Below are positions 9,356-17,945 of a stretch of DNA of 64,000 bases, one piece after another. The translations under genes and the position numbers were made by a program. This stretch comes from a virus. The stretch lies in IMG/VR virus record IMGVR_UViG_3300015372_000001, positions 16,738 to 80,737 of that record. One strand, written 5' to 3'. The stretch's first letter is position 1. Each line of letters opens with the position of its first letter. The notes beneath the pieces were generated by a model that saw nothing but the letters and a program-made list of their open reading frames with translations, ran no database searches and was not told where the DNA came from.

Positions 9356-9356
9356 C

Positions 9357-10232
9357 TCAGTCCACCTCCGGCATGTGGTCGGTGGCGGGCCGGTAGCGCA
9401 TGGTCTGCCGTTCGCGGCCGTTGGCGTAGTCGTTCCAGCTCCTGATCCCGTTGGCCAGGAAGGTGGTCGGCCGGTAGGTGCCGCTGATCGACCGGTAGCC
9501 CTTCTCCGAGATCAGCCAGCGGCGGAAGGCGAGGATCGGGCTGCCGGGGCTCAGGTTGGTGCCGTCGCCCAGCCGCTCCCGGAACTCGGTCTGGGTGTCC
9601 GGACCGTGCTTGGAGTACAGCGAGAGCAGCGCGATCAGGACGCTGACCGAGGTCCGCATCCCGTACCGGCCGACCGCGTTGGAGACGACGTAGCCGGGCC
9701 GGAGCGAGTCCTGGATCGCTGGGCCGACCTCATCGTCGGCCAGCTTGATCAGCAGGTCCTGGGTGGTCATGCCGACCGTGGCCGAGCCCAACGTCGAGGT
9801 GGTGCCGATCACCTCGGGGTAGGCCAGCACCTGGCGGGTGACCGCGGCCAGCACGTTCACGTCGGTGTAACCGGCGATCCGCAGGCTGTCACCCGGCGAC
9901 CGGGCAGCTCCGGTGTCGATCACGCCGAAGGTCTCGGGGTCGGCATCGAAGGCGACCAGACTGGCGACGTGCTTGCGCTGGGCGGCGATCGCGGTGAGCC
10001 GGTGCCGTCCGTCCAGGACGAACCCGGTCGGATCCAGGGCGATCGGCTGGTGGGTGAACTTCCACTCGCCGGTCTCGATCGCGTGCAGGATCTTGGCGAC
10101 GTTCCGCTGGCGGATGGCGCGCTGGTTGCGCTCCGGAGAGACAGTCAGCCACTCGCGGGCCATGGCCGGCGTGATCTTGACCTCCTCGATGCGCATCTTC
10201 CGCTTGCCACCGCCGCTAGGGGTGGTAGTCAT
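9357..10232 (-). CDS. ParB/Srx-like N-terminal domain protein
   Basis: ITPAMAREWL..NQR...GEW...PI.....LDGRHRL motif. Confidence 0.7.
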   Translation of the reverse strand: MTTTPSGGGKRKMRIEEVKITPAMAREWLTVSPERNQRAIRQRNVAKILHAIETGEWKFTHQPIALDPTGFVLDGRHRLTAIAAQRKHVASLVAFDADPETFGVIDTGAARSPGDSLRIAGYTDVNVLAAVTRQVLAYPEVIGTTSTLGSATVGMTTQDLLIKLADDEVGPAIQDSLRPGYVVSNAVGRYGMRTSVSVLIALLSLYSKHGPDTQTEFRERLGDGTNLSPGSPILAFRRWLISEKGYRSISGTYRPTTFLANGIRSWNDYANGRERQTMRYRPATDHMPEVD

Positions 10233-10238
10233 AACTGC

Positions 10239-10508
10239 TCATTCCATGTCGGCCAGGAACTCCATGAACTGGTTGGCCAGTCCGGGGCTCATCTGGATCG
10301 GGATTCGGATTCGGCCGGCCTGGTCGGTCCGGCCAGCAACGAACATCAGCACGCAGAGGTTCACGAGGTCCTCGTCACGGGTGATGACGAGCTCGTTGAC
10401 GCGGATGTACTCGTCAACGAGCACGGCCAGGCGTTCCTCTTCGGTTTCGGTCACGTTGGTGCCGGCGGCCTCGATGGCCTGGGCGGTGAAGGCTTCTTCG
10501 ATCTCCAT
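10239..10508 (-). CDS. Hypothetical protein
   Basis: AAGGAGG RBS before ATG 10508. Confidence 0.6.
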   Translation of the reverse strand: MEIEEAFTAQAIEAAGTNVTETEEERLAVLVDEYIRVNELVITRDEDLVNLCVLMFVAGRTDQAGRIRIPIQMSPGLANQFMEFLADME

Positions 10509-10619
10509 GTGTCCCTCCTTGGGACGCAATGGAGCGAGCACCCGAGTGCCCGCTCCACCGCAGAATGCGACCAGGGAGGGGGCGCAACCCCCCAGTTCTC
10601 CCCCTCCCCGGTCTCTGGG

Positions 10620-12275
10620 CTAGCTGCGCACCATGATCTCGCCGTCGGACAGGTCAACGACGTGGTGCTGCAGCACCCGCTCGAACACGTTCTCGACCGC
10701 CGCCTCCAGAGCAGGCTTGGGCGGCCGGTCGGTGGCCAGCTGGTGCGCGTCGCGCTCGGCGCGCTTGGCGTTGGCCGCCCGGAGGAAGTCCTCGGTCGTC
10801 AGAGGCTGACCGAGCTTCCTGGTCCGGATGATGTTGTGCTTCACCACGTCCTCCAGCGTGCGGACGACGAACGCCGGCATCCAGCCCTCGTAGGCGGTGT
10901 CGAGCTGGGCGTAGTCCAGCTTGGCCCGCTGCGACTCCGGGATGTGGCTGTCGATCAGCCGCTGCAGACCGGGCTGGTCCAACGGGCCGATGACGATGGT
11001 GTGGTCGATCCGGTGACCGCCCTTCATCGACTTCGGGATCTCCTCGGGGTGGTTGGTGGTCATCAGCAGCGTGACCGCGTACCCCTTGGTTCGCATCCCG
11101 TCGAACTCCCCCAGCAGCTTGTCCATGGCGTCGGGGTTCTTGAACAGGTGCTCCACGTCCTCGAGCACCATCACCGTGGGCTGGTCCAGCCGCTGGACGA
11201 ACCGAGTGGCCTGAACCAAGTCCTCGTTCCAGTTCACCTCCACGAAGTTGAACCCGTACTCCAGGCAGTACTGCCCGGCGATCGCCGCCGCGCAGGTCTT
11301 GCCACCACCGTTGTCGCCGGACAACAGCACGTTGTTCGACAGCTTGATGTGGGTCCGCTCCGTCCTCGTGATCGGCTTGCCGTCCTCATCGAGAACCGGC
11401 TTCCGACCCTCAGGGTCGGTCACCCACTCGGTGACCGGCTCGGCTTCGGGATGGTCCGCTGCCACGAGGTTGCCCGCATGGTCGTCGTAGACGATGTTGT
11501 CGTCCTCATCGACCACGTAGACCTTGTGGACCAGGTAGCCAGCGTTGGCCTCCTTGATCAGCTCGTGGCACTCGATCAGCCCGTAGATGTGAGCCTGCAG
11601 CTCCCACCAGTTCTCGGTGGAGTAGGCGATGGTCGCCCGGTCCACCACGTACGGGTCGATGAACTCCGGCTGGGCGGTGACGTTGCGCATCGCCTTCCCG
11701 GCGTAGATCGAGTTCTCCTTGAGGAAGTCCTCGAGGAGCAGGAAGAAGTTCGAGATGTCGGTCTCGTACTTCAGCTTGCCGTAGGCGCTGACCGAGAACG
11801 AGACTCCGTACTCGGGGTGCATCGCCATGCCCAGCTCGAACGTGGTCTCCCAGGGCTTGAAGTACATCGTCCCCCAGGGCACGTTGTAGGACTCGCCGCG
11901 GTTGACCTCGACCGCGATCATCTGCGGCGGCGAGGCGAACCAGCCGGTGGTCCGCTTGCCGAGTGGGGTGTCCCACAGCTGGGTGAGCAGCTTGTTGAAG
12001 TTCCACGCGCCGTCCGGCGGCCGGCACAGGAAGACCTTGGAGAACTCGTAGGTCTCCTCCTCGGCTTCCTTCTTCTCGCGGATGGTCTCCTCGGCGGTCT
12101 CGAGGGCCATGTCCACCGGCAGCGCGATCTTCTTGCCGCCGTCCTTGCGTCGCTCGATCTTCTCGGTCAGGGTGCTGCGGTTCTTGCCGTGCTCGGCAAG
12201 AAGGTCACTGACCCGTCGGCGCTCCTCGTCTGCTGCCTCGGTGCTCCACGGGTCAACCTTCTCCTGCTCTGACAT
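10620..12275 (-). CDS. AAA+ ATPase (classic AAA clade)
   Basis: Walker A GDNGGGKT, Walker B VMVLEDVE, sensor-1 MTTNHPE, Arg-finger region GHRID; GGAAGG RBS before ATG 12275. Confidence 0.9.
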   Translation of the reverse strand: MSEQEKVDPWSTEAADEERRRVSDLLAEHGKNRSTLTEKIERRKDGGKKIALPVDMALETAEETIREKKEAEEETYEFSKVFLCRPPDGAWNFNKLLTQLWDTPLGKRTTGWFASPPQMIAVEVNRGESYNVPWGTMYFKPWETTFELGMAMHPEYGVSFSVSAYGKLKYETDISNFFLLLEDFLKENSIYAGKAMRNVTAQPEFIDPYVVDRATIAYSTENWWELQAHIYGLIECHELIKEANAGYLVHKVYVVDEDDNIVYDDHAGNLVAADHPEAEPVTEWVTDPEGRKPVLDEDGKPITRTERTHIKLSNNVLLSGDNGGGKTCAAAIAGQYCLEYGFNFVEVNWNEDLVQATRFVQRLDQPTVMVLEDVEHLFKNPDAMDKLLGEFDGMRTKGYAVTLLMTTNHPEEIPKSMKGGHRIDHTIVIGPLDQPGLQRLIDSHIPESQRAKLDYAQLDTAYEGWMPAFVVRTLEDVVKHNIIRTRKLGQPLTTEDFLRAANAKRAERDAHQLATDRPPKPALEAAVENVFERVLQHHVVDLSDGEIMVRS

Positions 12276-12350
12276 GCTGTGCCTTCCATAGTTGGCTGTA
12301 CTAGGGGTTCGTTGCACGGTCCTGCTGGTTGGTGCTGGTGGTACCTCCTC

Positions 12351-12737
12351 TCAGAGCGATCCGATGTCCCAGATCTGCCGGTAGCTGTTGAGCACGTCCT
12401 GGCACTGGGGGTCGTTCTGATCGACCCAGGTGGGGACGGGCTTGGGGTAGGACAGGGTGTAGGTCTCGGTCATCCCGGCGATCGGGTAGTGCTCGCAGAT
12501 CGCGTAGTCGCGCTTGGCGTCTCCACCCGTGCCGAGCATCAGGACTGCGAGCAGGTCTCCTTGCCTCAGCATCTGCGTCCGGGCCTGGGTGGCGCGTGCC
12601 TTCCCGAGTTCGGTGAGGTGGAGGGTGTGAGCGATCTTGTAGTCCTTGTCGATCAGGAACATGACCTCGCGTCCGGACATGACCGAGATCACGGCCTGGA
12701 CGACGCTTCTCAGCATCGGGTCTTCGGGTTCTTTCAT
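12351..12737 (-). CDS. Hypothetical protein
   Basis: AAGGAG RBS before MKEPED. Confidence 0.6.
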   Translation of the reverse strand: MKEPEDPMLRSVVQAVISVMSGREVMFLIDKDYKIAHTLHLTELGKARATQARTQMLRQGDLLAVLMLGTGGDAKRDYAICEHYPIAGMTETYTLSYPKPVPTWVDQNDPQCQDVLNSYRQIWDIGSL

Positions 12738-12817
12738 GGGTCTCTCCTTGCTGACGAGGGGAAGCGAAAGGAGGGGAGGGACCCGTGCCGAAACGGGCCC
12801 CTCCCCTGGGGTGACTC

Positions 12818-13876
12818 TCAGGCGACCTTGCTGCCCTTGAGCCGGTCGTGCTCTGCCTTCAGCCGGATGATCTTGTTCAGCCGGCTGTTCTCGGCCATCG
12901 CTCCGCGGTAAAGCGCCGAGGGGTAGATCCCTGACTCCTCGGAACTGGCGATCGGCACCTCGTGCTCCGATCCCCACTGCAGAAGCAAGGACTTCTTGAA
13001 GTCCTCGTGGATCTCTGCGACGGTGGCCGACTTCTTGACCTTGGAGTGCTTACCCGCCCGAACGTGGATGAGGTTCTGGCGACCCTGCAGTTCGCAGATG
13101 TACTCCTTGTCCTGGTCGGGCTTGTTCATCTCGGCGTTGATGAGCACGTCCAGGTCGTTGAAACGCTTGGCAAGCGTCTCGGTCGGGATCAGGTCGCCCT
13201 CGGGCAGCTTGACCTTGTAGCCGTTGCCCTTGGCGGGCTCGGCGGCCGAGGAGTCCTCGGTCTTCTCGACCTCGGCCGGAGCCTCAGTCACAGGCGGAGC
13301 CTCGGGCGAGGTCTTGGTCACGACGACCTCGACCTCCTCGGTCTCGTCGGTGAGAGCCTCGAAGACAGCATCGACTGCCTCCTTGACCTTCTCCTCCGCG
13401 ACCTTCCGGGACTTCTTCTTCGGAGCCTTCGGCTCCTCAGGGGCGGGGGCGACCTCGATCGCCACCACCTTCTCCTTGCCTCGCCAGTTCTTCCTGGTGA
13501 CGATCGTCACCACGAGGCCCAACAGGACGAGTCCCGTCAGCGCCGCGAGCAGCTTGGAGCCCATCATGACCGCGAGGGCCACTCCGACTCCGTACGCCAC
13601 CGGCTGAACCACCATCCGGTTGGCCCACTGGACCCCCGGGTGTGCCCAGTGCCAGGCCTTGGATCCGGCGAACTTCGCCTTGTCCCAGGCCCAGGTGACT
13701 GGGGTGAGGTGGAATGCCCAGTTGCCGGCCTTCTTGGCGAACTGGACGGCCTTGGAGGTCGCGGTCTTCGCGAACTCCAGAGCCTTCCGGGCCATGGCCC
13801 GGAAGCGATCCGACACGCGCGCCATGAAGGCGTCACGGTTGGGGATCGCAGGCACAACTGCAACTGCTGCAGCCAT
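12818..13876 (-). CDS. Membrane-anchored hypothetical protein
   Basis: Amphipathic N-terminus, two hydrophobic helices, acidic/Pro linker; first gene after a promoter-leader. Confidence 0.7.
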   Translation of the reverse strand: MAAAVAVVPAIPNRDAFMARVSDRFRAMARKALEFAKTATSKAVQFAKKAGNWAFHLTPVTWAWDKAKFAGSKAWHWAHPGVQWANRMVVQPVAYGVGVALAVMMGSKLLAALTGLVLLGLVVTIVTRKNWRGKEKVVAIEVAPAPEEPKAPKKKSRKVAEEKVKEAVDAVFEALTDETEEVEVVVTKTSPEAPPVTEAPAEVEKTEDSSAAEPAKGNGYKVKLPEGDLIPTETLAKRFNDLDVLINAEMNKPDQDKEYICELQGRQNLIHVRAGKHSKVKKSATVAEIHEDFKKSLLLQWGSEHEVPIASSEESGIYPSALYRGAMAENSRLNKIIRLKAEHDRLKGSKVA

Positions 13877-13922
13877 GGTGATCACACCCTTTCATGATGT
13901 GGTCGTTGGGGTTTGCACACCG

Positions 13923-13988
13923 GGCCCTCTTCGAGGCCGCTCCGCAGAGCCGGTCGATTGCCACACGTCTTCGGCCCTCTTCGAGGCC
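13923..13988. repeat. Two exact 16-bp direct repeats GGCCCTCTTCGAGGCC, 50 bp apart
   Basis: 13923-13938 and 13973-13988, each followed 4 nt later by CCGCAG. Confidence 0.9.
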
Positions 13989-14003
13989 CACCCGCAGGTT
14001 CCG

Positions 14004-14043
14004 GACATGCAAAAAGCCCCTGACCATCGGGGTCAGGGGCTTC
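14004..14043 (-). terminator. Intrinsic terminator in 5' leader
   Basis: Minus: GCCCCTGACC-CCGAT-GGTCAGGGGC-TTTTTGCATGTC. Confidence 0.8.
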
Positions 14044-14049
14044 AGTGGG

Positions 14050-14090
14050 CGGATGGCCTCTGACAGCCATCCGTCCTGTTTCCGCGCAGG
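14050..14090 (-). ncRNA. Candidate two-hairpin leader RNA element, copy 1
   Basis: Same lengths, spacing and GTCAGAGGC loop as 31197-31237 with compensatory stems. Confidence 0.5.
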
Positions 14091-14112
14091 CAGAAGCCCA
14101 CGCACTGGAATC

Positions 14113-14141
14113 AGTGTATCACATACACAACACTGGGTCCA
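14113..14141 (-). promoter_or_regulatory. SigA-like promoter
   Basis: Minus: TGGACC-17-TACACT with TGn extension. Confidence 0.7.
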
Positions 14142-14252
14142 GGAGACATCGGCAGTGGCCGGTGGGGACCGCGCACCGTGGGGATGCCGTCCTGCCTAAC
14201 CGGCCACCACCGTGGACCGGCCCCTCCACCGGACAACAGAGGGGCCAGTCGT

Positions 14253-14510
14253 CTATGGGCTGGCCTTGCGCCTGACGGCGCACTGCTCGCACCAGCCGAT
14301 GAACCGGTCACGCCGGTCCTGCCCCAGCCGCCACAGCTCGTCGGCGATGAAGTTCGGCACCATCCGGGCGTTCTTCATCCCCGAGCAGTACGGGACGCTG
14401 TGCAGCAGCGCGACTCCTCCCATCGCGGTGGCGGTGGTGTACATGACGCCGTTGCTGGTGCGCTCCCAGTCGGCGAGCACCGACATGGTGGGCGTGAAGG
14501 TGTCAGGCAT
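14253..14510 (-). CDS. Hypothetical protein
   Basis: AAGGAGG RBS before MPDTF. Confidence 0.55.
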   Translation of the reverse strand: MPDTFTPTMSVLADWERTSNGVMYTTATAMGGVALLHSVPYCSGMKNARMVPNFIADELWRLGQDRRDRFIGWCEQCAVRRKASP

Positions 14511-14763
14511 CGGCTGCCTCCTTCTGGTCCGAGTCGTGCCAGGCCAGCCAGTCGGCGAACCCGACGGTGGTGTCACCTAGCGCGACCTCCTGCTGCCAGA
14601 GCGCGTACGCGCCCAGGCTGCTCGGGTCCACGGCGGCAGCACGCTCCCGAGCGCGTCGATCTGCTGCCTCCATGCAGGTGGCGATCCGGTCCAGGTGGTG
14701 CCGGATCATGCTGATGTCGCCGCAGAACTGATGGTCCATGCGGCTACCCGGCTCTCCTGGCAT
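14503..14763 (-). CDS. Hypothetical protein
   Basis: TGATG coupling to upstream gene. Confidence 0.55.
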   Translation of the reverse strand: MPGEPGSRMDHQFCGDISMIRHHLDRIATCMEAADRRARERAAAVDPSSLGAYALWQQEVALGDTTVGFADWLAWHDSDQKEAADA

Positions 14764-15140
14764 CAGCCCTCACCTCCGTGCTGGACGTGGAGATCCTCGA
14801 TCTCCTTGTTCCGCCTGGCTTCTCTCTCGGCGTGGTGAATGTCGCACAGCGTCTTCCACCAGCCGTGGATCGACCGGGTTTCGGCTCGCTTCCCGCACAC
14901 CTCGCAGAGCTTGGTGGAGGCCTCCTCGGCGATGGCGATCGCCTCGTGGAAGCCCTCGGCGTCGGACTGGGCGTAGTACCGCAGCCCGCCGAACTTCTCC
15001 TTGACCTGCTGGAGGGTGAAGTCCGGGTCCAGGTCGTTGAGCTGGAGCTCCAGGTTGCGGAGCAGTTGGTGCCAGCCCTCACCGACGTTGCTAGCCGCAG
15101 TCATCATCGGTGATGCCTGCGGCCCGAAACAGGTGGTCAT
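14763..15140 (-). CDS. Conserved phage protein with Zn ribbon (QVKEKFGGLRYY type)
   Basis: GEGW...QVKEKFGGLRYY...CEVCG...GWWKTLC. Confidence 0.75.
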   Translation of the reverse strand: MTTCFGPQASPMMTAASNVGEGWHQLLRNLELQLNDLDPDFTLQQVKEKFGGLRYYAQSDAEGFHEAIAIAEEASTKLCEVCGKRAETRSIHGWWKTLCDIHHAEREARRNKEIEDLHVQHGGEG

Positions 15141-15511
15141 GACACTCCCTCGGTTTCCTGTGGTTCACGAGCCCAGTACTCGTGAACCTGATCCCAGCCA
15201 TCCAGCCGCTGACCGGCCAGGTGCATCACGTAGATGTCGGCGACGTGCATCATCACTCCGTAGCCCTCCATCGGGCCGCGGGTCACGATGATCCCGCCGA
15301 CGTTGGCGGTCTGCTTGGCACCGGTCACCTCGACCAGCGCCACCAGTTGGGCGAGCTCGTGGACCACCACGTCGTACGTCGGGCAGTCCTTGATGCCGCG
15401 GACTACCTTCAGGATCTGGTAGACCCGTCTGGCCTGCTCGCGCAGATGGTCGTTGTCCTTCAGCTCCGCGCTGCGGGGCATCCACTCGTGGTTCGGATCC
15501 AAGTTGCTCAT
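15137..15511 (-). CDS. Hypothetical protein
   Basis: AAGGAG RBS before MSNLDP; ATGA overlaps. Confidence 0.6.
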   Translation of the reverse strand: MSNLDPNHEWMPRSAELKDNDHLREQARRVYQILKVVRGIKDCPTYDVVVHELAQLVALVEVTGAKQTANVGGIIVTRGPMEGYGVMMHVADIYVMHLAGQRLDGWDQVHEYWAREPQETEGVS

Positions 15512-15717
15512 GTCTCTCCTTTCTCGTGCTCTAGGTTGTGTTGCTCGGCGTACTTCGCGGAGAGCTCGGCGAGCCCTCCCAGACCCTCGGTGAACCGGGG
15601 CCATGCGTGCCCGCAGTGCGGGCACACCCAGTACAGAACTCCGTCGTAGACCCCGAGCACCTCGTAGCCGAGGTAGTCGGGCTCCTCGCACTCCGGGCAG
15701 CCGTCCGGTTCGGCCAT
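15508..15717 (-). CDS. Small Zn-ribbon protein
   Basis: CPEC...YDGVLYWVCPHCGHAWPR. Confidence 0.65.
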   Translation of the reverse strand: MAEPDGCPECEEPDYLGYEVLGVYDGVLYWVCPHCGHAWPRFTEGLGGLAELSAKYAEQHNLEHEKGET

Positions 15718-16079
15718 CAGCCGTTGTAGAGCGAGGTAGTGCCGACGAATGCTCCGGACCACTCCCAGTTGTCCAGCCAGTAGGCGTTGAAGTCACGCTC
15801 GTCCAGCTGAACGGTGTCGTTCACCTCGGCTTCGAGGCGGGCGATCATCACGTCGTAGGACTTCGCGTAGCTGGTGGGCTTCGGAAGCTTGTTCAGCGGA
15901 GAGAAGCTCTGGTAGTTCAGCTTCTGATCCTTCTCCGCTCGATCAGCGACCTTGCGAAGCTCCCGGATCGCCTTCTTCAGCCAGGTCCTCCGGGCCTTCT
16001 TGTACTCCTTGATGTGCTTGGTCCGGTTCTCCTGGAGTTTGTCCAGGAGGTCGGTGGTCTTGACCTCGGTGGGCTTCAC
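15717..16079 (-). CDS. Conserved phage hypothetical protein
   Basis: AAGGAG RBS, GTG start; LQENRTKH..EY...P.SY..YD..IA.LE...LD..DF..Y..D.W.W. Confidence 0.7.
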   Translation of the reverse strand: MKPTEVKTTDLLDKLQENRTKHIKEYKKARRTWLKKAIRELRKVADRAEKDQKLNYQSFSPLNKLPKPTSYAKSYDVMIARLEAEVNDTVQLDERDFNAYWLDNWEWSGAFVGTTSLYNG

Positions 16080-16483
16080 GGTGTTCTCCTTACTGGGTCG
16101 TTGCTGGGGCCGGTTGGCGGATGCCAGTTGCCCTTCTCGTCGCGGTACGCGGGGGTGTCGAGCATCATCACTTCGTCCTCGATCTGGTCGCCGATGGTGG
16201 TGCCGGCGGCGTTCAGGATCTTGGAGCCGCAGTCGGTGCAGCGCATCGGACGGGCTCGCGCCGTCTTCGCATCGCTGCGCTTCTCCAGCTCCTCGGTGAT
16301 CTCGGTCTCGCCGATGAAGCAGATCCCGCCGACGATGATGGCCGGGATGCCCATGGCGAAGGCGGTGGCCATCAGCGCCTTCCCGGCCGGGTCCGGCAGC
16401 CAGTAGCTGACCATCAGCGCGATCCAGGCCACCACCACGGTCACCACCGCGAACGCGGTCACCAGGCGGATGTTGTGCCGCAT
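16076..16483 (-). CDS. Membrane protein with CxxC
   Basis: Two hydrophobic helices; coupled overlaps. Confidence 0.6.
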   Translation of the reverse strand: MRHNIRLVTAFAVVTVVVAWIALMVSYWLPDPAGKALMATAFAMGIPAIIVGGICFIGETEITEELEKRSDAKTARARPMRCTDCGSKILNAAGTTIGDQIEDEVMMLDTPAYRDEKGNWHPPTGPSNDPVRRTP

Positions 16484-16839
16484 CAGTAGCCACGCTCCTC
16501 GCGGATCGTCTTGCGGGCGATCTCCCGGAACCGGCCTTCGAGATCGAGCTCGGTCTTCATCTGGGCCAGTTCCTTGGTGTCGCTGGTGATCACCTGGGCC
16601 TTCTGCTGCTGGTCCAGGTAGATGTTCTTCTCCAGCGCCATCGAGGACCGGTGGTTGGAGTGGTACCAGCCGAGCGCGACGTTGGCGGCGACCGCGGTCG
16701 CGAAGAACAGCACCCCGGACCAGATGAACCGGTAGTTCACCCCGGTGCCCATCCAGATGCCGATCAGTACCAGGGCGAACGCGATCGTGTAGAAGATCGC
16801 GATGTACTTGCTGTAGCGCAGGAAGTCGTTCCAGGTCAT
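16483..16839 (-). CDS. Membrane protein
   Basis: Two hydrophobic helices; GAGGAG RBS. Confidence 0.65.
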   Translation of the reverse strand: MTWNDFLRYSKYIAIFYTIAFALVLIGIWMGTGVNYRFIWSGVLFFATAVAANVALGWYHSNHRSSMALEKNIYLDQQQKAQVITSDTKELAQMKTELDLEGRFREIARKTIREERGY

Positions 16840-17114
16840 GTTCTCTCCTCAGGGTGTTGGGCTTCGTAGAAGTCGATGGAGCCGATCACCATCTGGCCCC
16901 ACAGGTTCACGTCGGACTGGTCCGGGCCGAGGGCGGCTGCATAGGCCAGCCCGACCTCCTCGCGGAGGATCTCCTTGCCGTCGGCGATCCGGGTGACGGT
17001 GAGGATCCCGCGCCAGCTGTTGGTCTCCATCCGGGTCACGTCGGCCCGCCAGGCTCCGTCATCGACGCCTGCGGACCAGACCAGCCCGGCGATCTCGGCG
17101 GGTTCTTCGGTCAT
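16836..17114 (-). CDS. Hypothetical protein
   Basis: GAGGAG RBS before MTEEP. Confidence 0.6.
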   Translation of the reverse strand: MTEEPAEIAGLVWSAGVDDGAWRADVTRMETNSWRGILTVTRIADGKEILREEVGLAYAAALGPDQSDVNLWGQMVIGSIDFYEAQHPEERT

Positions 17115-17178
17115 GGCAGCTCCTCTCACAAGTCGAGGGGGCAGCAAGCAGGACGTGCCTGCTCACTGCCCCCTGGTC

Positions 17179-17412
17179 TCAGGCGACGTTCTTCAGATGG
17201 CGGATGGCCATCAGCACGAACGTCTTGGTGGACTCGAAGTAGGTGATCTTGCGAGTCACCTCGGTGCTGGTCGCGGTGAAGCCGTTCTGGCTGAACAGCT
17301 GACGAGCGAACTCACCGATCTCTCGGGTCATCTTGTCGATCGTGACCTGGTTGGCCTTCCGGGTTCCCTTGGCCAGATCCGCAACGAACTTGATCTCGAT
17401 CCTGCGTGGCAT
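17179..17412 (-). CDS. Hypothetical protein
   Basis: GGAGGT RBS. Confidence 0.6.
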   Translation of the reverse strand: MPRRIEIKFVADLAKGTRKANQVTIDKMTREIGEFARQLFSQNGFTATSTEVTRKITYFESTKTFVLMAIRHLKNVA

Positions 17413-17416
17413 TGCG

Positions 17417-17635
17417 TTACCTCCGTTCCTTCTGTTCAGTCCGAGATGTCATGTGCCAGTACGGGCAGTCCCGGCACTTGTAGGCGCGCAGCCGTTGCCC
17501 GCCCTTGATCGCGCGATTGAGCGTGGCGCTCAGTGCATGCGCCTTGCTCTGGTAGCAGAACTTGCCGCTCTTGCACTCCTTCAGGGCCGGGGAGCGGTGC
17601 GGCTTCCTCCTCCTCGGCTTGATTCGTCGGCCCAT
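17417..17635 (-). CDS. Small basic Zn-finger protein
   Basis: C..GK..Y...RAYKCRDCPYWHMTS motif common in actinophages. Confidence 0.65.
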   Translation of the reverse strand: MGRRIKPRRRKPHRSPALKECKSGKFCYQSKAHALSATLNRAIKGGQRLRAYKCRDCPYWHMTSRTEQKERR

Positions 17636-17645
17636 GGGCCCTCCC

Positions 17646-17945
17646 TTACTCCTCGGTCCGCCCATAGGGGTGCGGAATGCTTCTGACGGCTCGCTTCCGG
17701 CCATGCAGCGCGGCCAGCAGCGACTCGATGTAGGGGTCGTAGGTGCCTCCGGCGATGCCCTCGATCAGGTCATCGATCTCGGGCGGTCCGGAGGACTCCG
17801 CGACCTCTTCCTCCTCGGCGCGGCGCAGCCACTCCCAGGAGTGATCGGACAGATCAGTCACGGTGTGACCGATCGGATGGGTGCAAGCCAGCCGCTCCCC
17901 GCTGACCCGGCTGGTGTACTTCTGGTTGCAGATCCGAGGGCTCAC
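17646..17945 (-). CDS. Hypothetical protein
   Basis: GTGA overlap; Cys/His-rich N-terminus. Confidence 0.55.
   Translation of the reverse strand: MSPRICNQKYTSRVSGERLACTHPIGHTVTDLSDHSWEWLRRAEEEEVAESSGPPEIDDLIEGIAGGTYDPYIESLLAALHGRKRAVRSIPHPYGRTEE

Noticed and set aside
9357-10232. ParB-like gene as a ParABS plasmid-prophage partition system or Dnd system
   Set aside because: No ParA-type ATPase, parS-like array or dnd genes nearby; the adjacent ATPase is classic AAA clade.
9237-12272. 1011-aa plus-strand ORF and other long antisense ORFs (4392..6209, 7564..9159, 58699..61044, 60281..63835)
   Set aside because: Stop-poor antisense shadows of real high-GC3 genes; no motifs or RBS, and the opposite strand carries recognisable proteins.
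14040-14100. Hammerhead ribozyme or known riboswitch in the leaders
   Set aside because: No CUGANGA plus GAAA core and no match to riboswitch consensus sequences I can recall; needs an Rfam search.
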